From an uncultured Actinomyces sp. (GTDB taxonomy: Bacteria > Actinomycetota > Actinomycetes > Actinomycetales > Actinomycetaceae), in the NCBI GenBank assembly GCA_964345595.1, contig CAYFRL010000001.1, positions 48,818-112,817 on the forward strand: DNA of 64,000 bases, read 5' to 3'. The translations under genes were made by a program, and so were the position numbers. The notes below the pieces were generated by a model. The model was not told the DNA's origin. It searched no databases and saw nothing but the letters and a program-made list of their open reading frames with translations. Of this stretch, positions 1 through 10,244 are shown one piece after another. Position 1 is the stretch's first letter; every line of letters begins with the position of its first letter.

Positions 1-22
1 ACCGGGTGTCTGGGACCTTCGG

Positions 23-895
23 CTAGCGTGTGGCCATACATTGTGCCGGGCAAAAGTAGTGGCTTCTCCCATCGATTCGGACTCGTTCAATACGGGTACC
101 GCACTTGCGACAAGGGCGCCCAGCGCGCCCGTACACCGCGAGCGATCGCGCAAAATAGCCAGGGTTCCCCTCAACGTCCACGTACAGCGCATCGAAGGAT
201 GTCCCGCCAGCCTTGAGCGCTCTCAGCAACACCTTCTTGGCAGCCTCAAGCAGAACGTGCCAGTCTTCGGCGGATAGTTCTCCTCCCGGCAGGTGTCCAG
301 CCAGTCCGGCCATGTGGAGAGCTTCATCAGCGTAAATATTCCCGATCCCTGACACTAGCTCCTGGTCCAGCAGCAGTGTCTTTATTTTCCTCTGGGAATT
401 CGCACCCCTACGCGTCACCGTCTCCCAAGAGAAATCCTCTTCTAGTGGGTCAGGAGCGATGTGGGCCATCAGTTCAGGCACAAGTCTCATTCCACTCCTC
501 GTCAGAGGAGACACGGTGAGGTGACCAAACGTGCGCTGATCGACGAAACTGATCCCGCTCCCATCCGACAGTTCTACCCAAAGGTGCTCGTGCTTAGCTT
601 GGCCAGGACCGGCGCTCGCCGGGCTCTGCCAGTGCACCTGCCCGGACATACCCAGGTGGATCACGAATGCCAGATCGCCCTCTTCCTCGCCGCCCAGGGT
701 GAGCCACATGAACTTTCCGCGCCGGTGGACCCCCGTGATCCCCGCCGCGCTGAGGGTAAGCTGTGCCTGCTTGAAACCACCGGGGTTCTTGCGGAACATG
801 CGCCCGGACTTTCCTACCACCTGGCGGATGGACCGCCCCTCGATCCTGGGGGCTAATCCGGCTCGAACCGTTTCTACTTCGGGCAGTTCCGGCAT
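23..895 (-). CDS. mutM: Formamidopyrimidine-DNA glycosylase (Fpg/MutM)
   Basis: 290-aa ORF with N-terminal MPELPEVE catalytic motif and C-terminal zinc finger CRKCG...CPAQC; lies directly downstream of rnc. Confidence 0.92.
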   Translation of the reverse strand: MPELPEVETVRAGLAPRIEGRSIRQVVGKSGRMFRKNPGGFKQAQLTLSAAGITGVHRRGKFMWLTLGGEEEGDLAFVIHLGMSGQVHWQSPASAGPGQAKHEHLWVELSDGSGISFVDQRTFGHLTVSPLTRSGMRLVPELMAHIAPDPLEEDFSWETVTRRGANSQRKIKTLLLDQELVSGIGNIYADEALHMAGLAGHLPGGELSAEDWHVLLEAAKKVLLRALKAGGTSFDALYVDVEGNPGYFARSLAVYGRAGRPCRKCGTRIERVRIDGRSHYFCPAQCMATR

Positions 896-897
896 GG

Positions 898-1659
898 TTA
901 TTTATCGCTTGGCAATGTGAGGGTAGTCGGGTCGATGTGTTCGCCCAATAGCTGAACCAAGGTTGCTCTGGCCGCCAGGTTCTCGGCGTGCTTTCGCGAT
1001 GAAGCAGTTGCTGTCCCCGCCGGCACCCCGTCCAGCATCACCGTGACGGTGAAGCGCCGCTGATGATCAGGCCCGCTCGCCTCGGCCGAATACTCGTATT
1101 GACGGATTTTCGAGGTAGCAACGTGTTCTTGCAGTCGCGTTTTCCAATCCGTTGTCTGGGCGAGGTTTTCAACCTCGTCAAGCAGTGGTGCCAGCGCGGA
1201 CAGGACAACTCGGCGGGTCGTTTCCATCCCCGCTGAGAGATACGTGGCACCAATGAGTGCTTCCAGGGCGTCCGCTAGGATAGAGTCTTTTTCCCGCCCA
1301 CCGGTTTTGTTTTCACCGACCCCGAGGAGTAAGTAGTCTCCGAGTCCAATCCTGCGGGCCGTCTGAGCAAGGGGACTTTGAGAGACGGTGGCTATCCGCA
1401 TGCGGGACAGCGTGCTCTCAGCCTTTTCGGGGAAGTTGCGGTAGACCCAGTCGGTGACAATCACGCCAAGCACCGAATCGCCCAAGAACTCGAGCCTCTC
1501 ATTGTGCATTCCACTGCCAGTCTCGTAAGCGAACGAGCGGTGAGTGAGCGCCGTGATCAGCAGCTCCGGGTCGACACTGGCGCCCCAGTTGGCCAGCAGC
1601 CGGTGGACGTCTGCGCTCAGTGGGCCCGCCTTGGGTTTAAGTTTCTGCGCTCCGGTCAC
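898..1659 (-). CDS. rnc: Ribonuclease III
   Basis: RNase III signature ERLEFLGDSVLG plus a C-terminal dsRNA-binding region; 4-nt overlap with the upstream DUF177 gene. Confidence 0.92.
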   Translation of the reverse strand: MTGAQKLKPKAGPLSADVHRLLANWGASVDPELLITALTHRSFAYETGSGMHNERLEFLGDSVLGVIVTDWVYRNFPEKAESTLSRMRIATVSQSPLAQTARRIGLGDYLLLGVGENKTGGREKDSILADALEALIGATYLSAGMETTRRVVLSALAPLLDEVENLAQTTDWKTRLQEHVATSKIRQYEYSAEASGPDHQRRFTVTVMLDGVPAGTATASSRKHAENLAARATLVQLLGEHIDPTTLTLPSDK

Positions 1660-2237
1660 TTGCCATCGGCCTCTTGGTCAGCGAAAAAGCCTTCTAGAGC
1701 GGCAAATCGGGGGTCGACGAACTCGTGGGCATGGCCGGGCTCCGCATCTTCCATGCGAATACCGCAATGGGGGCACAAACCTTCACATGATTCATCACAC
1801 ACAGGTTGTAGCGGCGCGTTTCCGAAAATAGCGTCCCTGAGCACCGGTTCGATATCAATGCTGTTTCTATCGATCACCTTGAGCGGATCCAGTTCGTCGC
1901 CTTCGGCCTCAATGTCCGCGTCCGGGTCGGTCCTGCGCTGCGGGGCGGCTCCAGATTCTGAGTACACGTCGTGCGTGTCAATCGTCCACGGGACGCTGAC
2001 AGGATCAAGGCAGCGAACACACTCACCCTCCAGAGTGCCGTGAGCTTTGATTCCCAGCAGCACACCGCCATCTATTGCGGTGAGTGACAGGTCCAGCGGA
2101 AGAACCTGCTCTGGGATAAGCCTGAGCACCTCGGTGTCCCATCCCTCAGGCACCGTCCACGAGAGGCTCTGCTCAAGATGGGAGCCGATTTCCGAGGGTA
2201 GGTCGATCAGTGACACCAACAGATCTTTATCAGTCAT
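1656..2237 (-). CDS. YceD/DUF177 family protein
   Basis: 193-aa acidic ORF with the C-terminal Cys cluster CDESCEGLCPHCG typical of DUF177; conserved position upstream of rnc. Confidence 0.75.
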   Translation of the reverse strand: MTDKDLLVSLIDLPSEIGSHLEQSLSWTVPEGWDTEVLRLIPEQVLPLDLSLTAIDGGVLLGIKAHGTLEGECVRCLDPVSVPWTIDTHDVYSESGAAPQRRTDPDADIEAEGDELDPLKVIDRNSIDIEPVLRDAIFGNAPLQPVCDESCEGLCPHCGIRMEDAEPGHAHEFVDPRFAALEGFFADQEADGK

Positions 2238-2316
2238 AAGGGTTCTCCTAGCCCTGGCTAAAGCATCATTCTACCGGCAGGAAACTTGGGGACCACTTTT
2301 GCAACAGTTGGCGAAA

Positions 2317-3048
2317 CTAGGAAGGGAAGTCCACATCTGGCCGGTCAAATCCGGATCGCTCTGCAATCGTTCTGCGGCCAGCTTCTGTGCGCCTGGAGAG
2401 ATCGGCCAGGAGTTGAGTCACTTGTGACAGCGTGGTCGCTGCATAGTCGTCGGCTCCAAGGCGAAGATCGGAAGCTTCCGTGCGGGCGTCGTGGATAACC
2501 CGGCGTGCTTCATCTTGAGCGCGTGTGAGCACCGTCTCCGCGGCGACCATCTGGGCCGCTTGAGCTTTGGCGTCTTCCAACATGCGCTCAACGTCTTCTT
2601 GGGTGCGCTGGCGAATCTGGCCCGCTTCTTCTTGGGCCCTGGCAACTTTCCGATCGGATTCTTCCGTCGCCTCGCGCAACATGGCGTCGGCCCTTTCCCG
2701 CGCCTCGTCCAGCATAGACTTTGCTTTCGCAGAGGCTTCCGCCAATGTAATCTCAGCAGTTGCATCTGCTCGATCAAGAACAGCGTCAGCATCAGCGACG
2801 ACGGCGTCCGCGGCGACCAGGTCCTCAGGCAGAGCATCGCGGGCTTGCACAAGTAAGTCAACCACGCCCGCCTTGTTGACAATGACGTTCGGAGAAAGCG
2901 GGACCGCTCGAGCCTCTTCCACGATCGATTCGATCTGATCAAGCGCTGCGATCAGGACCGATGGGCCGTAAACCGCGTCTTGCGCGCTGATGTCAATCGC
3001 GGCCTCTACCGGTTCTTCAACGGGTTCCTCATTGAAACGTTCAGGCAT
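2317..3048 (-). CDS. Coiled-coil DivIVA-like protein (SepIVA/Rv2927c-like)
   Basis: 243 aa, Ala/Glu/Arg-rich coiled coil with N-terminal LDQIESIVEEARAVP segment; sits next to DUF177-rnc-fpg as Rv2927c does in M. tuberculosis. Called from memory of that family, not from a search. Confidence 0.5.
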   Translation of the reverse strand: MPERFNEEPVEEPVEAAIDISAQDAVYGPSVLIAALDQIESIVEEARAVPLSPNVIVNKAGVVDLLVQARDALPEDLVAADAVVADADAVLDRADATAEITLAEASAKAKSMLDEARERADAMLREATEESDRKVARAQEEAGQIRQRTQEDVERMLEDAKAQAAQMVAAETVLTRAQDEARRVIHDARTEASDLRLGADDYAATTLSQVTQLLADLSRRTEAGRRTIAERSGFDRPDVDFPS

Positions 3049-3547
3049 GGGGGTTCCTTTCGGCTAGGAAGGGACGAAGTGCTACTTGTACTGGTCCGGG
3101 TACATATGGAGCCGGGTCCACTCCATAGAAAACTAATTCTTTGACCGCAGACGACGAAATATGCTGCAGCGACGCAGCTGCGGGAAGTAGGAGTGTTTCT
3201 ATTTCGGCCAGCTCCCGGTTGTAGGCGGCCTGGATCAGCTCCCCACTCAGGTCGCGCCCGTCTCTGATACCTTTGACCGCTATGGTCGCACCCTCTTCGC
3301 GGGCGCAGTCAACCAGCAGGCCATCATAGGTGACCACGCGGATGGAGAGCTCGGGCGGCAAGTGCAGCGCTTCGATAGAGTCAATCAGCAGCTGTGCCCG
3401 TTCTGAAGCGGAAAACCAAGGATCTTTGTTCACATTGCTGCCGACGGCAACAATTAGGCCATCAAAACAACGGGCGGCGCGCACGATCAGGTCGACATGG
3501 CCGCGTGTTGGGGGGTCGTAGCTGCCCGGCATGATGGCAATTGGCAT
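3041..3547 (-). CDS. coaD: Phosphopantetheine adenylyltransferase
   Basis: PGSYDPPTRGH nucleotidyltransferase (HxGH) motif, about 168 aa. ATG at 3547 preferred over the GTG at 3553 of the ORF track; start uncertain. Confidence 0.9.
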   Translation of the reverse strand: MPIAIMPGSYDPPTRGHVDLIVRAARCFDGLIVAVGSNVNKDPWFSASERAQLLIDSIEALHLPPELSIRVVTYDGLLVDCAREEGATIAVKGIRDGRDLSGELIQAAYNRELAEIETLLLPAAASLQHISSSAVKELVFYGVDPAPYVPGPVQVALRPFLAERNPHA

Positions 3548-3574
3548 ACACACAGTCTACCGGTCCGAAGAAAT

Positions 3575-4171
3575 TTAGTTGTCCCAGAGTTCGGGTGCGC
3601 CGCCGGAAGTGGCACCGGGATCAGACAGGCCATACATCCACACTGAGGTGTCGCCCCATCGGCGCTGTTCTTCGAGAACCAGGCCCTTCGGCGCGTCGGG
3701 CCCCGGAGTCCTTGAATCTCTTTCCACAATAACTATTCCATCGGCGCTTAGATGCGAGACAAGCTGAGACAGCAACGCTGTTAGAGCAGCTGAGTCCCAG
3801 TCATATGGAGGGTCTACGAACACGACATCGTATGGTCCCTCTTCTGATGAAAGGAACGCGGAGGCCGTCATCCGAAACAGCTTCACCGACCGGTCTTGAC
3901 CGGCTACCCCGTAAGCGTTCTGCTGAATCACCTGTTGCGCCCGGCGGGAGTTTTCAACCAGATGCACACTGGCGGCGCCGCGCGAGTACGCTTCTAAACC
4001 CAAAGCGCCCGAGCCTGCAAATAGATCTAGCACGCGGGAGTCCTGTAGAAGCTTCCACGAGTCAAGCTTGGAGAAGATTGCCTCACGTACTTTTGCCGAG
4101 GTGGGTCGCGTCCCCTCTTTGGGCACGGCGAGTTTGCGCCCTTTCGCCCGTCCGGCAACGATTCTAGTCAT
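3575..4171 (-). CDS. rsmD: 16S rRNA (guanine966-N2)-methyltransferase RsmD
   Basis: SAM-binding DLFAGSGALGLEA and FVDPPY motifs; GGGGGAG Shine-Dalgarno upstream of the ATG; conserved recG-rsmD-coaD order. Confidence 0.85.
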   Translation of the reverse strand: MTRIVAGRAKGRKLAVPKEGTRPTSAKVREAIFSKLDSWKLLQDSRVLDLFAGSGALGLEAYSRGAASVHLVENSRRAQQVIQQNAYGVAGQDRSVKLFRMTASAFLSSEEGPYDVVFVDPPYDWDSAALTALLSQLVSHLSADGIVIVERDSRTPGPDAPKGLVLEEQRRWGDTSVWMYGLSDPGATSGGAPELWDN

Positions 4172-4183
4172 GCCTCGCTCCCC

Positions 4184-6370
4184 CTAACTGCTGGTAAGCC
4201 AGCTCAGGTGCTCCTCTCGCGCCCCTTCAACTGCATGTCGCAGTTCGGGGTGCTCAGCAAGGTCCGGATCGGCTTCCAAGATTGCCTGAGCTTCTTTTCT
4301 GGCGGAAAGAATCAGCGCTGCATCTCTTTGCACGGAAAGAAACTTCAAACTGCTGCGAGCGCCAGACTGCTGGTCCCCAAGCACATCACCTTCTCGACGA
4401 AGCCGCAGATCGGTCTCTGCCAGGGCAAAACCGTCCTGGCTCTCAACCAGGGCTTGCAGCCGTTCCTGCGCTACCGGATTGAGCTCTTCAGGGTGAACCA
4501 GCATGCAGACACTCTCCCTTTTGGACCGGCCGACCCGTCCGCGAAGTTGGTGAAGCTGCGATAGCCCAAATTGTTGTGCCCCCCAGATCACCATCATCGT
4601 GGCATCAGGCACGTCGACGCCCACCTCGACAACCGTGGTGGCCACCAAGACGGGGACGGCTCCAGAAGCGAAATCTTCTAAGACCTTGGCATTGTCTGCC
4701 GCGGACACTTGCCCGTGCGCAACGCCGATGGGAATGCCGACTAATGCAGGCTCTTTACTGAGCTGCGCAGCCACTTTCTCAACGCTAGGCGGCTCGCTGC
4801 CCTTCGGTGATTCCCCTTCGCTTATCCGTGGCACCACCACATATACGCGCCCTCCGCGCGAAATCTCTTCCCTAGCGCGCTCCCACAGCCTGTTCATCCA
4901 CACCCTGTTTTCCTCTGGAACCTGGTAGGTGGCAACAGGCATTCGCCCCTTTGGAAGTTCCCGCATAGACGTGGTGTCCAGGTCGCCAAACGCTGTCATG
5001 GCGACAGTTCTAGGTATAGGGGTTGCGGTCATCACCAGCAGATGCGGTAGTAGTTCTCGACCCTTGCGTAGCTTCTCTCTTTGCGCGACACCGAATCTGT
5101 GCTGCTCATCGACAACAAGCAGTGACAGCTCCGGTATATCCACAGCGTCTTGGATGAGCGCGTGCGTGCCAACAACTATTCCGGGGCTCCCACTGCTGAG
5201 TATTTGCAGGACGTTGTTCTTGCTGCTGGCCGATTGGCTGCCGGTCAGCAGATGAACCGGTACGTCCTCTCGAACGGGTGCAAGCAGACGAGTCAAAGAG
5301 GCAAAGTGTTGATTCGCCAGTACTTCTGTCGGAGCTAAGAGTGCTGCTTGTCCGCCTGCCTCAACCGCCCTGACCATCGCAAGCAACGCAACAACCGTTT
5401 TGCCTGCACCCACGTCAGCTTGGAGCAGGCGCTGCATCGGATATTCGGCGCGCAGGTCCGCCTCAATTTGCTCCCAAGCCTTCGTTTGACCATCGGTTAG
5501 ATCAAACGGAAGATGAGCTTCCATTTGCTTCGTTAGAGGAACGGGCCCGGTCGGCAGCAGCGGCCGCGCGCGACCCGTACCCAGAAGTTCTGCTAACGCC
5601 CTCGGCTGCAAGAGCGCTGTCTGTAGCGTGATAGCCTCCACCCAAGCTAAGCTGCGACGGGCCATCTGCCAATCGGCGTCCGCCTCTGGCCGGTGAAGCA
5701 ATCGGTATGCGTCGGCTAGAGGGAGTAGCGACTGCTCACCTCTTGTCTTCGCGTCGGTAGGATCCGGAAGCTGATCCCAATTGACGGTTTCCATAATCTG
5801 GGCGATCAGCGCCGCGATCTTCCACGATGGAATCGAGGACTTGGCAGGGTATATGGGGATGGGTCGGCCTCGCCTCCGCTCAATCTGTTCCGCGCTGTCG
5901 GCCTCCATTTCTTCAAATGCTGGCTGCACCAGCTGGAGTTCGCCCCGATACGCCGACACTTTTCCTGCGAAAAGGAATGTCTCCCCCGGCTGGAGCAGGC
6001 GGCGGTGGTGGGCCAACGCATACTCGTTGCGGGCGAAGAAAGTGCAGGTGAGGTAAGTGGTTCCGTCCGTGATGGTGAGGACAAGGCGAACACCTTTCCC
6101 GGACCGGTTTCGCAAAAGTGCTGCCGAGGTGACCTCCGCTAGGACCGTTGTGTCCTCGCCTTCAACAAGTTCGCTTAACGAGGTGAGCTTCCCCCAATGG
6201 AAATACTTTCGCGGCGCGTAGGAGACCGCGTCACCCACCGTTTCAATACCCAACTTTTGTAGCTGGCGCGCGGCGGCTGGCTTCACCCGAAGTTTCACGG
6301 GCACAGCAAGCGGGTCAAAGCTATGAGGGGTATCGACCACGTCTTTGCGTTCCTTCCTCCAGCGTGCCAC
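4184..6370 (-). CDS. recG: ATP-dependent DNA helicase RecG
   Basis: 728 aa; Walker A GAGKTVVA, DEQHRFG box, TATPIPRT motif, N-terminal wedge/OB region. Confidence 0.93.
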   Translation of the reverse strand: MARWRKERKDVVDTPHSFDPLAVPVKLRVKPAAARQLQKLGIETVGDAVSYAPRKYFHWGKLTSLSELVEGEDTTVLAEVTSAALLRNRSGKGVRLVLTITDGTTYLTCTFFARNEYALAHHRRLLQPGETFLFAGKVSAYRGELQLVQPAFEEMEADSAEQIERRRGRPIPIYPAKSSIPSWKIAALIAQIMETVNWDQLPDPTDAKTRGEQSLLPLADAYRLLHRPEADADWQMARRSLAWVEAITLQTALLQPRALAELLGTGRARPLLPTGPVPLTKQMEAHLPFDLTDGQTKAWEQIEADLRAEYPMQRLLQADVGAGKTVVALLAMVRAVEAGGQAALLAPTEVLANQHFASLTRLLAPVREDVPVHLLTGSQSASSKNNVLQILSSGSPGIVVGTHALIQDAVDIPELSLLVVDEQHRFGVAQREKLRKGRELLPHLLVMTATPIPRTVAMTAFGDLDTTSMRELPKGRMPVATYQVPEENRVWMNRLWERAREEISRGGRVYVVVPRISEGESPKGSEPPSVEKVAAQLSKEPALVGIPIGVAHGQVSAADNAKVLEDFASGAVPVLVATTVVEVGVDVPDATMMVIWGAQQFGLSQLHQLRGRVGRSKRESVCMLVHPEELNPVAQERLQALVESQDGFALAETDLRLRREGDVLGDQQSGARSSLKFLSVQRDAALILSARKEAQAILEADPDLAEHPELRHAVEGAREEHLSWLTSS

Positions 6371-6638
6371 CTTGTGCTCATTCTATAGCCCGTGCCCGGC
6401 GGCAGAGCTCTCCGGGTGAATCGAGGTCGTCACCGCACCAAGTTGATGTAGCGACGAAAGAGAGCTGCTCAGTGTGCGTAATACGACATCCGCAGGACCC
6501 TCGATTCATTGATTTGTTGGTTCAATATCGGCTAATCTGTTGTGGTTGCTTCGTGGACGAGTATTGCTTCATCTCGGCGACGAAGAGGTAGCGTTGCGGC
6601 TGGGCCGCGACTTCGGCAATTGGTAAGAGGAGGACAAC

Positions 6639-6830
6639 ATGTCTTCGGTATGCGATGTCTGCGGCAAGGGTCCCATGTTTGGTAAGAGCATTTCCCACTC
6701 GCACGTGCGCACGAACCGTCGGTTCAACCCGAATATTCAACGAGTGCGCGCAGTGGTGAACGGCACAACGAAGCACATTAACGTTTGCACCAAGTGCATC
6801 AAGAGCGACCGCGTGGTACGCCCTGCATAA
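6639..6830 (+). CDS. rpmB: 50S ribosomal protein L28 (Cys-containing form)
   Basis: 63 aa [29 protein letters not shown]...; AGGAGG Shine-Dalgarno 6 nt upstream; CxxC...CxxC pattern. Confidence 0.93.
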   Translation: MSSVCDVCGKGPMFGKSISHSHVRTNRRFNPNIQRVRAVVNGTTKHINVCTKCIKSDRVVRPA

Positions 6831-6850
6831 CGGTTAGCGACGCATCATTT

Positions 6851-6877
6851 AGGCTCGGGGGCACGTCTCCCGAGCCT
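6851..6877 (+). terminator. Hairpin terminator between convergent rpmB and thiL
   Basis: AGGCTCGGG (6851-6859) pairs with CCCGAGCCT (6869-6877) across a 9-nt loop, followed by TTTC; begins 21 nt after the rpmB stop. Confidence 0.5.
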
Positions 6878-6885
6878 TTCGCTGT

Positions 6886-7866
6886 TCACCGGGCGAAATG
6901 GTCCCAACCGCCGCCGATCGGCTTCCCTTCCAACGTCACGCGCGCTTCCCCGGTGGAGCGGGCACCGATGGAGCCAATCGTACGAAAAGGGTCGGTGACC
7001 AAAACATAAGGGGGGAACGTGGCCAGCAGACCGTGGTCTTCTCCCCCGTGCAAAACCCATTGCAGCGGGTCAACGCCCAGCTGTTGGCCAACTTCGCTCA
7101 ACGCAAGAAGATCAGGCGCCAGGCCGCTCAGAAGCACATTGACGTGAACATTGGAGGCATCGGCAAGTCTTCCCGCGTCGATCGCTAGGCCGTCGGAAAC
7201 GTCTAGCATCGCCGTTGCGCCCCGTTTCGCTGCGAGAGGACCCGCGGAAAGCGGTGGACGCGGCGCCCTATAAATGGATACCGGTTCCGTAAATGGGTAA
7301 GGCACTTCGGGGCCATGCAGCGATGCTCCAACAGCGCCGCGCTGCAACGCGGCATGTCCAGCAGCCGATCTGCCAAGCGTCCCCGCGATGGCCAGCGTGT
7401 CTCCTGGACGTGCTCCTGACCGCAATATGGGCAGACCTGCGCAAACGCCGTGGGCAGTCACAGAGATGACCAGTTGGTCTCCCGTTGTGAGGTCACCACC
7501 CACGATCCCAGCCCCCGTCGGCTCAACTTCCTTTGCCATGCCTGAAACTAGGTCCAACAGCCAGTCAAGCTCCAGAGTTTTCGGCAGGACCAGTGAGACA
7601 ACAATGGACGTAGCGGTCGCTCCCATCGCGGCTATGTCCGCCAGGTTCTGCGCAGCTGCTCGGGCCCCCACCTCATATCCGGTCGACCAATCGGTTCGGA
7701 AGTGCTGACCCTCCACCAGAATATCGGTCGTAACCACGAACCTTCCGCCGGGGGCAGCCACCAGCGCGCAGTCATCGCCAGGACCCAGCTCGGTGTAATT
7801 CCCAAAAGGAAGAAGCGGCTGGAATCTGCTGATGATCTCCGTCTCTGACAGTTCACTCAGTATCAT
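6886..7866 (-). CDS. thiL: Thiamine-monophosphate kinase
   Basis: 326 aa with GDDCALV and TTDILVEGQHF AIR-synthase-like motifs. Confidence 0.85.
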   Translation of the reverse strand: MILSELSETEIISRFQPLLPFGNYTELGPGDDCALVAAPGGRFVVTTDILVEGQHFRTDWSTGYEVGARAAAQNLADIAAMGATATSIVVSLVLPKTLELDWLLDLVSGMAKEVEPTGAGIVGGDLTTGDQLVISVTAHGVCAGLPILRSGARPGDTLAIAGTLGRSAAGHAALQRGAVGASLHGPEVPYPFTEPVSIYRAPRPPLSAGPLAAKRGATAMLDVSDGLAIDAGRLADASNVHVNVLLSGLAPDLLALSEVGQQLGVDPLQWVLHGGEDHGLLATFPPYVLVTDPFRTIGSIGARSTGEARVTLEGKPIGGGWDHFAR

Positions 7867-8690
7867 CGCTTTCCTTCCGACGTACGCTGCCTAAGATCGC
7901 GGCCTGCCTGCTGCGACAAGAATAGACAAATGCCCGCTGCCACTCCAACATTCAAAGATTCAGCTTGGCCGGACATGGGCACGCGTAGCAGCCGGTCGCA
8001 CGCGGCCTCTTCCTGAGCAGAAAGACCTTTTGCCTCATTACCGAACACCCAGGCGTGTGGAACAGCTAAGTCAGACGGCTCCGCCTCGGCAGACAAAGAG
8101 CCCCCAGCCGCTCCAAACACGGTTCGGCCCTGACTGCGCAGAGCACTGATCGTCTCCTGGTAGTCTGCGCCCACCACTATCGGAAGATGGAAAACAGATC
8201 CGGCGGACATGCGGATTACTTTGGGACTGGCCAGGTCGACTGTTCCGGTGCAGGCGATAACTCCTGCGGCGCCGAACGCGTCCGCGCTTCGCACGATCAC
8301 GCCCGCGTTGCCCGGATCTTGGGTTCCGGGGAGCACAACAATGGGCCTGTCCGGGGCCCACACGCTCGGACCCGGGTTCACTGCTTCCACCCGTGCCACA
8401 GCGAAAATACCCTGAGCGTCAGGTACAACCGTTTTTGCGACCTCGTCACTAACAAGGAATCGGTCACCATGAAAACTGTGCCACTCATCCAAGTGACGTT
8501 CGGCCGTGTCTTCGGTGGCGTAGAGCCCGGTTACGAACTCGCCCCTGTGTCGCAGCAGCTCGGCGACCGCCTGTGGTCCTTCAACACGCACCAGTCCGTG
8601 TCGGACACGAAAAGAGCGCCTTCCCAGCGAACCAACCGCGCGCATCCGTTCGGAGCGTGGGTTAGTGATGAGAGGAAGGCGCTCTTCCAT
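7863..8690 (-). CDS. TrmH/SpoU family RNA 2'-O-methyltransferase (TsnR-like)
   Basis: 275 aa; C-terminal SPOUT motifs GNEAKGL and ESLNVGVAAGICLF; conserved position downstream of rplT. Confidence 0.8.
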   Translation of the reverse strand: MEERLPLITNPRSERMRAVGSLGRRSFRVRHGLVRVEGPQAVAELLRHRGEFVTGLYATEDTAERHLDEWHSFHGDRFLVSDEVAKTVVPDAQGIFAVARVEAVNPGPSVWAPDRPIVVLPGTQDPGNAGVIVRSADAFGAAGVIACTGTVDLASPKVIRMSAGSVFHLPIVVGADYQETISALRSQGRTVFGAAGGSLSAEAEPSDLAVPHAWVFGNEAKGLSAQEEAACDRLLRVPMSGQAESLNVGVAAGICLFLSQQAGRDLRQRTSEGKR

Positions 8691-8713
8691 GCGTCTTAGC
8701 TGTGCAGACTTAA

Positions 8714-9097
8714 CTATGCAGACTTTGCAGCGTTGACATCCTGCGGCAAAGCAGCTTTTGCCTGTTCGACCAGAGCCGCGAAAACTTTCGGGTCGTTCAC
8801 GGCTAGGTCAGCCAACATGCGACGGTCAACCTCAACTCCAGCAAGGTTCAATCCCTGTATGAAACGGTTGTAGGTCAGGCCGTTTTCGCGTGCGGCAGCG
8901 TTGATCCGCTGGATCCACAGCCGACGAAAATCTCGCTTCTTGTTACGGCGATCCCGATAGGAATACACCATTGAATGCGTGACCTGCTCCTTGGCCTTGC
9001 GGTAGAGCCGGGAGCGCTGCCCCCTGTAGCCAGATGCCTGGTCAAGTACTGTACGACGCTTCTTCTTAGCGTTAACAGAACGCTTTACACGTGCCAT
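8714..9097 (-). CDS. rplT: 50S ribosomal protein L20
   Basis: 127 aa [15 protein letters not shown]...; part of the infC-rpmI-rplT operon. Confidence 0.95.
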   Translation of the reverse strand: MARVKRSVNAKKKRRTVLDQASGYRGQRSRLYRKAKEQVTHSMVYSYRDRRNKKRDFRRLWIQRINAAARENGLTYNRFIQGLNLAGVEVDRRMLADLAVNDPKVFAALVEQAKAALPQDVNAAKSA

Positions 9098-9127
9098 TGT
9101 TCTTTAGTCCTCCTCGTAGAAAAGCGT

Positions 9128-9322
9128 CTATTTGCCTAGTAGTCGGCGTACGTCTTTATGGTCAGCGCGGGCAACTTCTGTATCTCCGCTGAGGCGGCGC
9201 TTGCGACGGCTGCTCTTGTGCTCCAACAGGTGACGCTTGCCAGCATGCTCCCGCATGAGCTTCCCGGATCCTGTGATGCGGAAACGCTTCTTGGCTCCCG
9301 AGTGGGTCTTGTTCTTCGGCAT
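9128..9322 (-). CDS. rpmI: 50S ribosomal protein L35
   Basis: 64 aa [21 protein letters not shown]... Confidence 0.95.
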   Translation of the reverse strand: MPKNKTHSGAKKRFRITGSGKLMREHAGKRHLLEHKSSRRKRRLSGDTEVARADHKDVRRLLGK

Positions 9323-9385
9323 TTCTCTATTCCTTGATTAGCACGCTGCTGCCAGTTCGTCAGCAACGTTCGGCTTTGGTTTCCC

Positions 9386-10006
9386 TCAGCCTTCATTCCT
9401 TCGCTGAGCTTCCTTTTGGGCACGTTCTTCATGCTTGAGTCGGCGCGCTTCGCGCTCCGCTTTTCGCCGTTCCCTCTGATCGGTCATCGCATCGGACTTG
9501 CGTCTAGTCGGAGAGAGAACCATGGTCATGTTTCTCCCGTCCTGGCGGGGCAGCGACTCGATGGTGGCCAAGTCCCCCACATCTTCCGCAAGTCTTTGCA
9601 GCAGCCGAATCCCCGCCTCCGGGCGCGACTGCTCACGACCACGGAACATGATCATGACCTTAACTTTGTCTCCCTGGTTCAAAAAGCGCACTACGTGCCC
9701 CTTCTTCACCTCAAAGTCGTGATCATCAATCTTCAGGCGAAAACGAATCTCTTTTAGCTGGGTGTTTGCTTGGTTGCGCCTAGAGTCTCGGGCCTTCTGA
9801 GCGGCCTCGTACTTCGCCTTGCCATAATCCATCAGTTTGGCTACGGGCGGGCGCGCATCTGGGGCCACCTCAACTAGGTCTAGGCCGGCTTCCTCAGCAA
9901 GTCGCAGAGCGTCCTCAACTCGGACAACTCCAACCTGCTCTCCGCCAGGCCCTACCAGTCTCACCTCTGGAACGCGGATGCGGTCATTGATTCGCGGATC
10001 GCTGAT
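9386..10006 (-). CDS. infC: Translation initiation factor IF-3 (ATC start)
   Basis: IF-3 homology begins at [28 protein letters not shown] Shine-Dalgarno plus a 5-nt spacer precede the in-frame ATC at 10006-10004. The ORF-track extension to 10069 would run through the SD and a terminator hairpin. Confidence 0.9.
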   Translation of the reverse strand: MSDPRINDRIRVPEVRLVGPGGEQVGVVRVEDALRLAEEAGLDLVEVAPDARPPVAKLMDYGKAKYEAAQKARDSRRNQANTQLKEIRFRLKIDDHDFEVKKGHVVRFLNQGDKVKVMIMFRGREQSRPEAGIRLLQRLAEDVGDLATIESLPRQDGRNMTMVLSPTRRKSDAMTDQRERRKAEREARRLKHEERAQKEAQRRNEG

Positions 10007-10038
10007 GGGGGTCTCCTTCCTGATCCCTCTTAAGACAC

Positions 10039-10074
10039 AAAAAAACCTTCGTGCCCATTTCACGCGCACGAAGG
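10039..10074 (-). terminator. Intrinsic terminator/attenuator immediately upstream of infC
   Basis: Minus strand: CCTTCGTGC-(11 nt)-GCACGAAGG, a 9-bp stem (10074-10046), followed by TTTTTTT (10045-10039); ends 32 nt before the infC ATC. Confidence 0.6.
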
Positions 10075-10244
10075 TCCCAAGTAGGTTGCCCTACCGACTA
10101 CCCGGTTCCCGACACGTCGCAAGGCGACTGCTCAATTACGAGCTTCAGCCAATCTGGCTGAGACAGCCGATCCAGTCGGCTGGGGGTACCAAGGTGGGAT
10201 TTCTCCGCTTGCGTGATCGGTTGTACCTCTCACGGTCCTTCCAC

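Noticed and set aside
6371-6638. Possible riboswitch or ribosomal-protein leader upstream of rpmB
   Set aside because: A plausible promoter (TTGATT-18nt-TAATCT, 6509-6538) and two generic hairpins (CTTCGT...ACGAAG, GCGGC-TGG-GCCGC) are present. There is no terminator, no known riboswitch core and nothing distinctive enough to call.
10007-10069. ORF-track N-terminal extension of infC ([21 protein letters not shown]...)
   Set aside because: It would be translated through the terminator U-tract and the AGGAAGGAG ribosome-binding site, and it has no IF-3 homology. An ATC start with a proper SD fits the known IF-3 biology. Similar extensions were trimmed for nrdR, miaA, miaB, cinA, clgR, sepF, mraZ, murG, PAC2 and the LysM gene.
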